The position numbers and the translations under genes were made by a program. DNA of 24,715 bases from a virus (taxonomy: Duplodnaviria > Caudoviricetes): positions 1 through 24,715 of the IMG/VR virus record IMGVR_UViG_3300030330_001443. One strand, written 5' to 3'. The notes under the pieces were generated by a model. It ran no database searches. It worked only from the letters and a program-made list of their open reading frames with translations, and was not told the DNA's origin. Each line of letters begins with the position of its first letter. The stretch's first letter is position 1. Below are positions 1-8,780 of the stretch, piece after piece.

Positions 1-58
1 CCACCACTTTTTGATATGCATAACTATAGCTATTTAGTGGGGAGCTAGATATAGATAT

Positions 59-529
59 ATGGCAAGACCAAAGAAACCAACAAAAATAAAAGAGCTGCAA
101 GGCACTCTTCAACCTTGTCGACAAATCGCCAACGAGATGCAAGTCAGTGAGGTTGTTGAGATGCCAGCCGCTCCAAGTTATTTTGATCAGTTTGCTCAGA
201 ATGAGTGGGATGTTACAACTAGCGAACTGTCAAGAATCAAAATGCTTCATATTGTTGACCTATCTATTCTCTCCGCTTACTGTTTTGAGATTGGTACTTA
301 TCACAGAATAATGAATGAGATGGGCGGTAAGTTTACAGAGCGCACTTATGACAAAGATGGCAAATTGAGAGCTTCAAAGATTGCGCCTCAATATAAGATT
401 GCTCAAGCGGCTCTCCAAAATGCAATGAAAATTGCTACGCAATTTGGATTCACTCCGAGTTCAAGGGCTTCGCTTTCTATGCCAGACCAAGAAGAAGAAA
501 AAACTGATGACTTTAATTTCTTTGGATAA
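59..529 (+). CDS. terS: Terminase small subunit, P27 family
   Basis: N-terminal ARPKKPTKIKELQG and C-terminal FGFTPSSRASL motifs; directly upstream of terL with TAATG overlap. Confidence 0.93.
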   Translation: MARPKKPTKIKELQGTLQPCRQIANEMQVSEVVEMPAAPSYFDQFAQNEWDVTTSELSRIKMLHIVDLSILSAYCFEIGTYHRIMNEMGGKFTERTYDKDGKLRASKIAPQYKIAQAALQNAMKIATQFGFTPSSRASLSMPDQEEEKTDDFNFFG

Positions 530-2097
530 TGGAACTCAAGGAATGTGAAACTTTTTATTTTGATGAAGCTGCTGCTGATAGGGTGGTGGCTTTTATTGAA
601 AGACACATCAAACACATCAAAGGAGAGAAGGGCGGACAGCCATTTATACTAGAGCCATTTCAAAAAAAGATTGTTCGAGATTTGTTCGGTTGGAAATATC
701 GAGAAACAAACCTCAGAAGATTTAGAACTGCTTACATTTGCCTTCCTAGAAAGAACGGAAAGTCAACTCTTATTTCTGCAATCGCTTTGTATATGCTTTG
801 CGCTGACGGTGAACCTAGTGCCGAATGTTATGTTGCTGCTGGTGATAGACAGCAAGCTGGAATCATCTTTGATGTTGCAAGTTCAATGGTTAGATCAGAC
901 AGCCAACTCAATAACAATTTGAAAGTATTTAAGAGTTCTGTAATTCACGAAAAGAGCAATTCAGCATTCAAGGCAATAAGCGCTGAAGCAAGTTCCAAGT
1001 TTGGTTACAACGCAAGTTTCGTTTGTATGGATGAATTTTTTGTTCAAAAGGATGCACAGCTTTGGGATGCTCTTACAACTTCGGTAGGTTCTAGAAGGCA
1101 ACCATTGACAATAGCAATAACTACTGCTGGTTACAATCGTGAATCTATTTGCTTTAAAACTGAGGAATATGGTCACAAAGTTTCAGAGGGTGTCATTGAA
1201 GATTCGAGTTTCTACTATGTCAAATTTGCGTGTCCTTTGGATGTGGATTGGGATAGTGAAGAAGCATTGAGGTTAGCCAACCCAGCTCTTGAATCTGGTG
1301 TCGTTAAACTTGACTATCTAAAAAGAGAGCAAGAGAAAGCTGTCAAAATGCCAAGTTATGAAAACACTTTTAGAATGCTACACCTTAACCAGTGGATGAG
1401 TTCAGCTTCCAAATGGTTAAGCGATGTGCAATGGATGGAGTGCAACTTTGAAGAAGTAACTTTGGACCAATTCAAAGGGCAAAGAGTTTGGGCTGGGCTT
1501 GACTTAGCTAGTGTCCGAGATGTTTCCTGTCTTGTATTGTTAGCAGAGATAGATGAGAAGCTAGTGTGTTTACCTTATTTCTGGACACCAAAAGAAACAG
1601 CATTTGTTAGAAGCCGAAGGGATGGAGTGGATTATATTGGTTGGGAAAAAGAAGGACTAATGGAACTAACAGAAGGCGATGTTACTGACTACAACTATAT
1701 CAAAGAAAGAATCAAAGAGATTGCTGAGGTTGTAAACATACAAGAGATTGCTTATGATAGATGGAACTCTAGTCAGTTGGTTATTGACTTGGTGAATGAT
1801 GGACTTCCAATGATTCCATTTGGTCAAGGTTTTGCTTCAATGAGCGCACCCACAAAAGAACTTGAAAAGATTGTTCTAGCAAAAGAATTGAATCACGGAG
1901 GAAACAAAGTGCTTCGTTGGATGTGTTCTAACTTAGCAATGAAAACAGACCCAGCTGGTAATATTAAGATGGACAAAGCAAAGTCAAGTGAAAAGATTGA
2001 TGGAATGATAGCTCTTGTAATGGCTTTGGGTTCTTATATGAATGGAAACACTACGGAAGAAAACCCATATAATGACAGAGGTTTTGTGTTCATTTAA
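529..2097 (+). CDS. terL: Terminase large subunit (HK97-like, cos type)
   Basis: Walker A-like PRKNGKST, Walker B VCMDE, ITTAG motif, nuclease GLDLAS and KIDGMIAL motifs. Confidence 0.97.
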   Translation: MELKECETFYFDEAAADRVVAFIERHIKHIKGEKGGQPFILEPFQKKIVRDLFGWKYRETNLRRFRTAYICLPRKNGKSTLISAIALYMLCADGEPSAECYVAAGDRQQAGIIFDVASSMVRSDSQLNNNLKVFKSSVIHEKSNSAFKAISAEASSKFGYNASFVCMDEFFVQKDAQLWDALTTSVGSRRQPLTIAITTAGYNRESICFKTEEYGHKVSEGVIEDSSFYYVKFACPLDVDWDSEEALRLANPALESGVVKLDYLKREQEKAVKMPSYENTFRMLHLNQWMSSASKWLSDVQWMECNFEEVTLDQFKGQRVWAGLDLASVRDVSCLVLLAEIDEKLVCLPYFWTPKETAFVRSRRDGVDYIGWEKEGLMELTEGDVTDYNYIKERIKEIAEVVNIQEIAYDRWNSSQLVIDLVNDGLPMIPFGQGFASMSAPTKELEKIVLAKELNHGGNKVLRWMCSNLAMKTDPAGNIKMDKAKSSEKIDGMIALVMALGSYMNGNTTEENPYNDRGFVFI

Positions 2098-2109
2098 GGA
2101 AGTGTTTTG

Positions 2110-2117
2110 TATCTTTG
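2110..2117 (+). promoter_or_regulatory. Bacteroidetes-type -7 promoter element (TATCTTTG) upstream of portal
   Basis: Matches TAnnTTTG in the 37-nt terL-portal gap; TTTG at 2083-2086 is a possible -33 element although the spacing is slightly long. Confidence 0.55.
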
Positions 2118-2134
2118 TATTATAGTTTTATTTT

Positions 2135-3325
2135 ATGGGATTATTTGATTTTCTCCGTTCAGAAAAAAGAGATAACGGAAACACTTTTCTAAAAGTCAAC
2201 TCTCCATTATTTGGCGCCAATGCTGGAGTTGCTGTTGACAAAAATTCTGCACTTTCTTTCTCGGCTGTTCTAGCTTGTGTTCGTGTTATCTCTGAAAGTA
2301 TCGGATCACTACCTATCCACACTTATAGAGTTGAAGAAGATGGAGATAGGAAAATGGACAAAGCGCATCCAGTATCAAAACTGATCCAAAGACCAAACCA
2401 ATATCAAACGACTTACAACTTCTTTTCGGTAGCAATGACAAACTTGCTTCTTGAAGGTAATTGTTATTTCTTAATTGAAAGAGATGGGAGCGCAAGACCA
2501 ACAGCATTGATTTATCTCAATCCAGATAAAGTGGACGTTATTCCTTTTGAGGGCAATCTATTCTATCAACACGCTGACTTTGAACAACCGATTCCACAAA
2601 CTGACATCCTTCACTTTATGGGTACGGGCTTTGATGGTAAAAAAGGAAAGTCAGTTTTAAAAATGCAACAAGACACAATCGGACTTTCTTTAGGGGCTAA
2701 TATTACAGCAGCGACATACTTCGGACAATCTGCTCAAGTGGCTGGAGTATTAAAGACAGACCACAAATTAACAGATGAACAAATTCAACGATTAAGAAAC
2801 TCTTGGAACTCAAGACATCAAGGTCCTTATAACTCAAACAAGACCGCAATCTTAGAGCAAGGAATGGATTTCAAACCGATTTCTATAAGCGCAAATGACA
2901 AGCAGTTGCTTCAATCAAGACAATTCCAAGTAGAAGAAATAGCAAGAATATTTAGAACGCCCCTTTCATTGATTGGACACTTAGAGAAGTCAGCGAATCA
3001 CAACTCAATCGAACAGCTATCAACTGACTTTGTTCGCTTTACTTTGACTCCTTACTTAGTACAGTTGGAACAAGAGATGAACATAAAACTTTTTAGAGAG
3101 AATGAGTTTGGAGAGTACGAAGTGAAGTTTGACACAAAAGGATTATTGAGAGGAGATAGCAATGCAAGAGCGACTTATTATCGTGAGATGATGCAGATCG
3201 GTGCTTTGTCAATCAACGAGGTAAGACAAGCGGAGCAACTAAACAGAATCGGAGATGAGGGTGATGTTCACTATTTCCCATTGAACTTTGCTCCGATAGG
3301 AACAACAGAAGAAAGCAATGACTGA
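2135..3325 (+). CDS. Portal protein, HK97 family
   Basis: SAVLACVRVISESIGSLP, LLLEGNCY, EEIARIFR, SINEVR motifs; position after terL. Confidence 0.97.
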   Translation: MGLFDFLRSEKRDNGNTFLKVNSPLFGANAGVAVDKNSALSFSAVLACVRVISESIGSLPIHTYRVEEDGDRKMDKAHPVSKLIQRPNQYQTTYNFFSVAMTNLLLEGNCYFLIERDGSARPTALIYLNPDKVDVIPFEGNLFYQHADFEQPIPQTDILHFMGTGFDGKKGKSVLKMQQDTIGLSLGANITAATYFGQSAQVAGVLKTDHKLTDEQIQRLRNSWNSRHQGPYNSNKTAILEQGMDFKPISISANDKQLLQSRQFQVEEIARIFRTPLSLIGHLEKSANHNSIEQLSTDFVRFTLTPYLVQLEQEMNIKLFRENEFGEYEVKFDTKGLLRGDSNARATYYREMMQIGALSINEVRQAEQLNRIGDEGDVHYFPLNFAPIGTTEESND

Positions 3326-4958
3326 TTTTCCAACTAAAGGAGAGGACAAAAAGATTAGTCTTAGAAACTCAAATCATCCTCAGTTTGATTTTGATTTTGC
3401 TTCGAATGTAAAAGAACAAACTACAGAGATTTGGAAAGCTGGAGGAAATATAAGAGGAAACGAAGCTTATAAGCTTTGGGAAAGAGCAAGAGATGGAGAT
3501 GATAGTCCTTCTGTTTTAGATTGGATAAAAGAAAGAGAAGCGTGGATTGCTAGACACTTTGAAGATGGAAAACAATTTGAAGGGGACACAGAGCCGAACT
3601 TGTCAAACATCGGTGGTGTTGTAGCTCAAATGAAATGGGGAACTATTGGAGTGCTAGGAGAACAAGGAATGAAGGATGTTATTTTGGAAATGACAAAAAA
3701 GCTAGAGGGGAAAAAAGAAGAAAAACAGTTGAACGCAAGTGTTACAAAAGCTCTTGAAAATAAAGTCGAAGAACACAACGAAGAAGTCAAAGATTTGGAT
3801 GTTGATTGGAATCCAAGAATCACATTCAATAAAATAGTAAAAGTGTTTGAAAGAGGAATTGGTGCTTATAAGACAAACCCTCAAAGTGTAAGACCAAACG
3901 TAGGAAGCCCTGAGCAGTGGGCTTATGCAAGAGTTAACTCTTTTCTTTTCGCACTAAGAAAAGGAAGGTTTCAAGGCGGGAAACACGACACAGATTTACT
4001 TCCTCCAAATCATCCAGTTAGGGAGGAAATGGAAGAAAAACTAATTATAGTTATGGAAAAAGAAAACAGAGATTTAGTAGGCACAATGATAACAGATGGG
4101 ATCGAGATGCCACTTTACACAACCATTGAAGAAGCAGAAGAAATAGCAAAAGAGATGGGAGGAGAAGGACATCACGAACACACTCTTGACGGTGTTACTT
4201 ATTATATGCCTTTCAACTCACACGATGAAATCAAAGCTGTTATGGAAGCTCAAATGATGGAAGAAAACGATCACATCGAAGGACACGATGAAGAAGATGA
4301 CAAGCCAATGGGCTATCGTTCAAACCCTAATGCTGAAGTTAGAACATTCACAATTGAGAATCTAGAATTTAGAGCTGAGGAAGACAATAATGTTGTTGTA
4401 GGTTATGGAAGCGTGTTTAACTCTCTTTCTAATGATTTAGGAGGATTTAGAGAGATTATTGCACCAACTGCTTTTGAGGGTAGGCTTGAAGATGATGTGC
4501 GATTCTTATTTAATCACGATCCGAATATGTTATTAGCTAGAAGTACAAACGGAACTTTGAAAATGTCAGTTGATGAAGTAGGTTTAAGATATCAAGCTGT
4601 AATCCCAGACACTTCAACAGGTCGTGATGTTTTGACTTTGTTACGAAACAACACATTAAATCAAAACAGCTTTGCATTCGTTGTTGAAGATGACTCTTGG
4701 GAAGTTAGAGATGGAGTTAATGTGAGGACTATTAACAAGGTGTCTATGTTAGCCGACATAAGCCTAGTTTCTTATCCAGCATATAATCAAGCTAAAACTG
4801 TTGCACTTCGTTCAATGGAAAACTGGAAGCAACAAGAAGAAGAAAAGGTGATGAAAGAGAACCTTGAAAAAGAGAAGGAAGAGAGGTCGAAGGAAGAAAT
4901 GGATTTAACAAAACGCTCTCTCGCTGAGTTGCGTTTGTCAATCATAAATAAAAAGTAA
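3318..4958 (+). CDS. HK97-family prohead protease with ~330-aa multidomain N-terminal extension
   Basis: C-terminal protease domain: GYGSVFNSLS, FREII, LFNHD (His), SFAF (Ser), DISLVSYPAY; lies between portal and capsid genes. Confidence 0.92.
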   Translation: MTDFPTKGEDKKISLRNSNHPQFDFDFASNVKEQTTEIWKAGGNIRGNEAYKLWERARDGDDSPSVLDWIKEREAWIARHFEDGKQFEGDTEPNLSNIGGVVAQMKWGTIGVLGEQGMKDVILEMTKKLEGKKEEKQLNASVTKALENKVEEHNEEVKDLDVDWNPRITFNKIVKVFERGIGAYKTNPQSVRPNVGSPEQWAYARVNSFLFALRKGRFQGGKHDTDLLPPNHPVREEMEEKLIIVMEKENRDLVGTMITDGIEMPLYTTIEEAEEIAKEMGGEGHHEHTLDGVTYYMPFNSHDEIKAVMEAQMMEENDHIEGHDEEDDKPMGYRSNPNAEVRTFTIENLEFRAEEDNNVVVGYGSVFNSLSNDLGGFREIIAPTAFEGRLEDDVRFLFNHDPNMLLARSTNGTLKMSVDEVGLRYQAVIPDTSTGRDVLTLLRNNTLNQNSFAFVVEDDSWEVRDGVNVRTINKVSMLADISLVSYPAYNQAKTVALRSMENWKQQEEEKVMKENLEKEKEERSKEEMDLTKRSLAELRLSIINKK

Positions 4959-4981
4959 TAATTTTAAAAACTGAAAAAAAG

Positions 4982-6205
4982 ATGAAAACATCTAAATTCT
5001 ACACAGAGGAGAGAGCTTCAGTTGTTGAAAATATGGAAGCAATCGTTGACTCAGCGAAAGTTGAAGGTCGTGAGCTTACAGAAGCGGAAACAACAGAGTT
5101 TGATTCTCTAAACGAAAAAGCTAACTCTTTAGAGGGGATGGCTAAAAGAGCTGCTTCTTTTGAAGCACTACAAGCTAACAAAGCTGCTAAATCAGAGCCA
5201 GTTTCTGAAGAAAACACACCTTCAGAAATTCGTAATTATTCATTTCAAGAAGCTTTAGCACAAGCTGCTTCTGGAAGATTATCTGGATTAGTGAAAGAAA
5301 TGGACCAAGAAGCAAGAAATGAATCTCGCTATACTGGACAATCTTTCAAAGGTATAGGAATACCAGCATCAATTCTAACAAGAGCGGCTGTTGCTACTGC
5401 TGCTGGAAACGCAACTGAAGTGATGCCTTGGACTGACCAATTAGAATCAAACTTAGTTCTTGCTTCTGCTGGTGCTAACTTCTACTCAGGAGTTAACAAT
5501 ATGAAGTTCCCAGTTTTCAGCTCAATCAACTCTGGTTTCGTTGCTGAAACGGGCGGGTCTGCTCCTGCGGCAAATGGTACTGCTACTAGCGTAACATTAA
5601 GCCCAAAGAAACTTATTTCTATCGTGAATGTTTCTGCTGAAGCTATAACTCAAAACGCTTCTATTGAAGCTGCTTTACAGAGAAATATGGCTCAATCTGT
5701 TGCATCTGCTCTAGAAAACGCATTATTAGATACTAGTGATGTTTCAAACGCTCCAGCTTCTATCTTTGCTGATGCTGCTGCTGGCTCAACTGCTGCTGTT
5801 TCTGCTGCTTCATTGACTGCTCTTGAAACAACTGTTTTAGGTAACGGTGTTCAATTAGAAGGTGCTAGAATGGCTTATTTGATGGACTTAGATGCATATA
5901 CTGCTGTTAAAAACGCAGTTCAAGTAACTGGTGTTTCTGCTTTGTATGATAACAGAGATAAAACTGCAAATGGATATTTTACATTCATTTCTAGTAATGT
6001 TGCTGCTTCTGGAGTAGCTGGAAAAGAACACGCACTTTTTGGAGATTTCTCTAAAGTTCACATTGCTCAGTTTGGTGGTTTAGATGTGATTTATGACATT
6101 TATACTAACGCTGGAACAGGCGAGCCTCGCTATGTTCTTACTTCTTTGATTGATGGTGATGCAGTACAAAATGACACTGCTTTCGCTACTTTGATTGAAG
6201 CATAA
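4982..6205 (+). CDS. Major capsid protein, HK97 fold with N-terminal delta (scaffold) domain
   Basis: Coiled-coil N-terminus (GRELTEAETTEFDSL), FVAE, VTLSPKKL and LFGDFS motifs; followed by a strong hairpin. Confidence 0.95.
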   Translation: MKTSKFYTEERASVVENMEAIVDSAKVEGRELTEAETTEFDSLNEKANSLEGMAKRAASFEALQANKAAKSEPVSEENTPSEIRNYSFQEALAQAASGRLSGLVKEMDQEARNESRYTGQSFKGIGIPASILTRAAVATAAGNATEVMPWTDQLESNLVLASAGANFYSGVNNMKFPVFSSINSGFVAETGGSAPAANGTATSVTLSPKKLISIVNVSAEAITQNASIEAALQRNMAQSVASALENALLDTSDVSNAPASIFADAAAGSTAAVSAASLTALETTVLGNGVQLEGARMAYLMDLDAYTAVKNAVQVTGVSALYDNRDKTANGYFTFISSNVAASGVAGKEHALFGDFSKVHIAQFGGLDVIYDIYTNAGTGEPRYVLTSLIDGDAVQNDTAFATLIEA

Positions 6206-6218
6206 TTGATTTGATAAT

Positions 6219-6249
6219 TGGAGGAGGGTTTTGGCTCTCCTCCATTTTT
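6219..6249 (+). terminator. Intrinsic terminator or stability hairpin after the major capsid gene
   Basis: Stem TGGAGGAGGG (6219-6228) / CTCTCCTCCA (6235-6244) with one G:U pair, then TTTTT. Confidence 0.8.
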
Positions 6250-6262
6250 ACCAACAAAAGAT

Positions 6263-6883
6263 ATGATTACTAGCTCAGATTTAGGAATTGCAATAACTAC
6301 GGGTTTTGGAAAGTTGAGACTGTCAACACCTCCATCACTAACCCCTGTATCAGTTGCTGAAGCAAAAGTTCATTTGCGCATTGATAGTTCATTTACAGAT
6401 GATGACACATATATCGGAACACTTATTGATGTAGCTACTCTAGCTGCTGAAAATTTCACGAATCTAGCTATAATGGAGCAAACTTTTGTTTTAGATATTG
6501 ATGCTTTTCCAGATTACTTTAATCTGTTGAAAGGAACTCTCAGAACGCTCACTATAAACTCAATCACATATAAAGATGAAAACAATGCTACTCAAACTCT
6601 AGCTGCTTCCAATTATGTAGGAGATGGAAGTATAAAACCAGCTAGGGTGTATTACACTCCAGATGCGTCTATCCCAAGCACATTTGAAATTCCAAACGCT
6701 GTGAGTGTTACTTTTACTCTTGGATTTACAGCAGCTAGTCAAGTTCCAGCTCCTATAAAACAAGCTATTCTTTTGATGGTTGGAACTTATTACGAAACAA
6801 GACAAACCGTAAGTGATAGAACTTTTAAAGACATACCACAATCTGCTGAGTATTTATTAATGCCTTATAGAATACAAGGATAA
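6263..6883 (+). CDS. Head-tail connector (HK97 gp6 / phiE125 gp8-like)
   Basis: PVSVAEAKVHLRID, DDTYIGTLI, VPAPIKQAILLMVGTYYETR; start moved to ATG 6263 because the track's TTG 6218 lies at the terminator hairpin. Confidence 0.9.
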   Translation: MITSSDLGIAITTGFGKLRLSTPPSLTPVSVAEAKVHLRIDSSFTDDDTYIGTLIDVATLAAENFTNLAIMEQTFVLDIDAFPDYFNLLKGTLRTLTINSITYKDENNATQTLAASNYVGDGSIKPARVYYTPDASIPSTFEIPNAVSVTFTLGFTAASQVPAPIKQAILLMVGTYYETRQTVSDRTFKDIPQSAEYLLMPYRIQG

Positions 6884-7209
6884 TGAACATTGGCAAACTA
6901 GATAGATTGGTGGTAATAAAACAAGCTACATTCACGCAGGATGCTTTTGGTGAAAACATTGCAAGCAACTCAACACTTGCTTCTGTTTGGGCAAGGTTTG
7001 AATTTGAAAAAGGAAAAGTTGGATATGAAGCAGACACATTTATTGGTACTGCTCCAGCAAAAATGACTATTCGTTATCGTTCAGATATACAAATTTCTCC
7101 TAAACATTATATAGAATATAATTCAAAAGATTGGTTTATCCGATCTGTTGAGGAGATAGGAAGAAAAGAAGGATTGATTTTAAGAGTAGAAGAAAAAACA
7201 ACTGATTAA
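6883..7209 (+). CDS. Head closure protein (SPP1 gp16-like)
   Basis: MNIGKLDRLVVI...QDAFGE...VWA...TIRYR pattern; synteny. Confidence 0.88.
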   Translation: MNIGKLDRLVVIKQATFTQDAFGENIASNSTLASVWARFEFEKGKVGYEADTFIGTAPAKMTIRYRSDIQISPKHYIEYNSKDWFIRSVEEIGRKEGLILRVEEKTTD

Positions 7210-7210
7210 G

Positions 7211-7699
7211 ATGGCGGTAAGAACAGGAAAGCAACTAATGGGGAGTGGAGGTCATAGACCTTTAGTTGGTATGAATATTGATGAAAAAGAACTAAAACAA
7301 ATAATCAACGATTTAGATAAATTATTGCCGCATAACAGAGGTACAAAAACAATAGTGAAACAAGCTATGCGTAAGGCGATGAAGCCAATGTTAGCAAAGC
7401 TAAAAGATTTAGTTCCTGTAAAAACAAAACAGCTTAGAAAATCTTTAGCTATTATAAGCGGAAAAGCAAGAGGAAATATTTTTCCAGCAGTTTATGTAGG
7501 ACCTAGAGTGAAAAATGCGTATAAGTCAAAAGATAAGAGTGGGTTTTATATGTATTTTTTAGAGTATGGGACTGCTAAAATTCAAGGTATGCGTTTATTT
7601 GACAAAGCGAAAAGCGCAACAGAGCAACAAGTTTACAACTCAATCATTCCAAGTTTGAGAAGTATTATTGACAGAAGATTTAAAAAGAAAGGATTGTAA
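7211..7699 (+). CDS. HK97 gp10-like tail/neck morphogenesis protein
   Basis: VPVKTKQLRKS and YMYFLEYGTAK motifs; basic; synteny. Confidence 0.85.
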   Translation: MAVRTGKQLMGSGGHRPLVGMNIDEKELKQIINDLDKLLPHNRGTKTIVKQAMRKAMKPMLAKLKDLVPVKTKQLRKSLAIISGKARGNIFPAVYVGPRVKNAYKSKDKSGFYMYFLEYGTAKIQGMRLFDKAKSATEQQVYNSIIPSLRSIIDRRFKKKGL

Positions 7700-8097
7700 T
7701 GGATATTGGAAAAGCAATAAGTTCTATATTGAGAAACACTGCTGGAGTTTCTAACTATGTTGGTTCAAGGATATTTCCTCAAAAGATACCATTTGGAGAA
7801 ACTATGCCAGCAATTACTTATTTTATAATTGACACCACTCCAAACAATACAAAGAACGGGGTTTCGACTTACGACTATGTGAGATGTCAGATTACTTCTT
7901 TTGGAACTACTTATGCACAAGCTCAAGATTTATCTGCTGAAGTTCGTGCTGCTTTAGATTACAAAAGTCAAACAGTCGAAGGAGTAGAAATAGACAAATG
8001 CTTCTTTGAAGATGCCAACGATGTATTTGACGATAAATTTGGAGATGATGGAATCCACTATGTTGCAATGGATTTCAGATTTAACATAAATAGATAA
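7699..8097 (+). CDS. Tail terminator/completion protein (DUF3168-like)
   Basis: VGSRIFP...PAITY...CQITSF...AEVRAALD pattern; precedes the major tail gene. Confidence 0.82.
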   Translation: MDIGKAISSILRNTAGVSNYVGSRIFPQKIPFGETMPAITYFIIDTTPNNTKNGVSTYDYVRCQITSFGTTYAQAQDLSAEVRAALDYKSQTVEGVEIDKCFFEDANDVFDDKFGDDGIHYVAMDFRFNINR

Positions 8098-8100
8098 GAT

Positions 8101-8280
8101 ATGAAACGCAAAGTATATAAAGATTTTAAAGTAAGGGATAGAGTTTTTGAAGCTGGTAAAACTTACGAACTTTCAACGAAAGAATATAGATGTTTAAAAT
8201 ACGCTGGTGCTTTAGATGCCCCAAAAAAATTAAAAAAAGAAACCGAGCCAATATCGGTACAATTAGATAATAACAATTAA
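8101..8280 (+). CDS. Small hypothetical protein, 59 aa (MKRKVYKDFKVRDRVFEAGKTYELSTKEYRCLKYAGAL...), not in ORF track
   Basis: Open frame ATG 8101 to TAA 8280 fills the gap between the terminator-protein gene and the major tail gene. Confidence 0.7.
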   Translation: MKRKVYKDFKVRDRVFEAGKTYELSTKEYRCLKYAGALDAPKKLKKETEPISVQLDNNN

Positions 8281-8291
8281 AACAAAAAAAA

Positions 8292-8714
8292 ATGGCAATT
8301 TTTAACGGAAGTGAATTGATTGTTACTTTGGCTGCTGATGGTGGCTCACAGTTAAAATTACTTCACGCAACAAGCTGCACTCTATCTTTTAACGCTGATA
8401 CGATAGACACAAGCACAAAAGACTCTGGAGGATTCAGAGATATACTTTCAGGACAAAGAAGTTTTTCTATTTCTGCTGATGGTTTGATGGACTTTGTTTC
8501 AGCAGGAACAACAACTGACCCAGATGAAATCTTTGATTTTATGATAAATAGAAACAAGGTAGATTTCACATTTGCATTAGCTACTCCAGCTGGTTATAAA
8601 TTTGAAGGAGAGGGATTTGTTACTTCTCTAGAAATTACTGGAGGAGTGGAAGATGCTCCAACATATTCTATGTCAATAGAATCAACTGGGGCTTTGTCTA
8701 AAACAGCAGTTTAA
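8292..8714 (+). CDS. Major tail (tube) protein, TP901-1-like
   Basis: TIDTSTKDSGGFR...G.RSFSISADG, FEGEGFVTSLEITG...TYSMSIESTGAL. Confidence 0.9.
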   Translation: MAIFNGSELIVTLAADGGSQLKLLHATSCTLSFNADTIDTSTKDSGGFRDILSGQRSFSISADGLMDFVSAGTTTDPDEIFDFMINRNKVDFTFALATPAGYKFEGEGFVTSLEITGGVEDAPTYSMSIESTGALSKTAV

Positions 8715-8722
8715 TTTATTTC

Positions 8723-8766
8723 GTTGGTGGGGATGGGCTTCGGCTCTCTCCATCAACTTAACTTTT
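8723..8766 (+). terminator. UUCG-capped hairpin after the major tail gene (weak terminator or attenuator)
   Basis: GTTGGTGGGGATGGGC-TTCG-GCTCTCTCCATCAAC stem with G:U pairs, followed by TTAACTTTT. Confidence 0.7.
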
Positions 8767-8780
8767 AAAACCAACGAAAA

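Noticed and set aside
671-922. Alternate-frame + strand ORFs inside terL and the tail tip gene (also 12837-13112, 13299-13493)
   Set aside because: Fully nested in conserved genes, with no initiation signals or motifs
6218-6262. Track's N-terminal extension of the connector gene (likewise starts at 13629, 17431, 23341, 23534)
   Set aside because: Extensions run through a terminator or overlap other genes; downstream ATGs give better coupling
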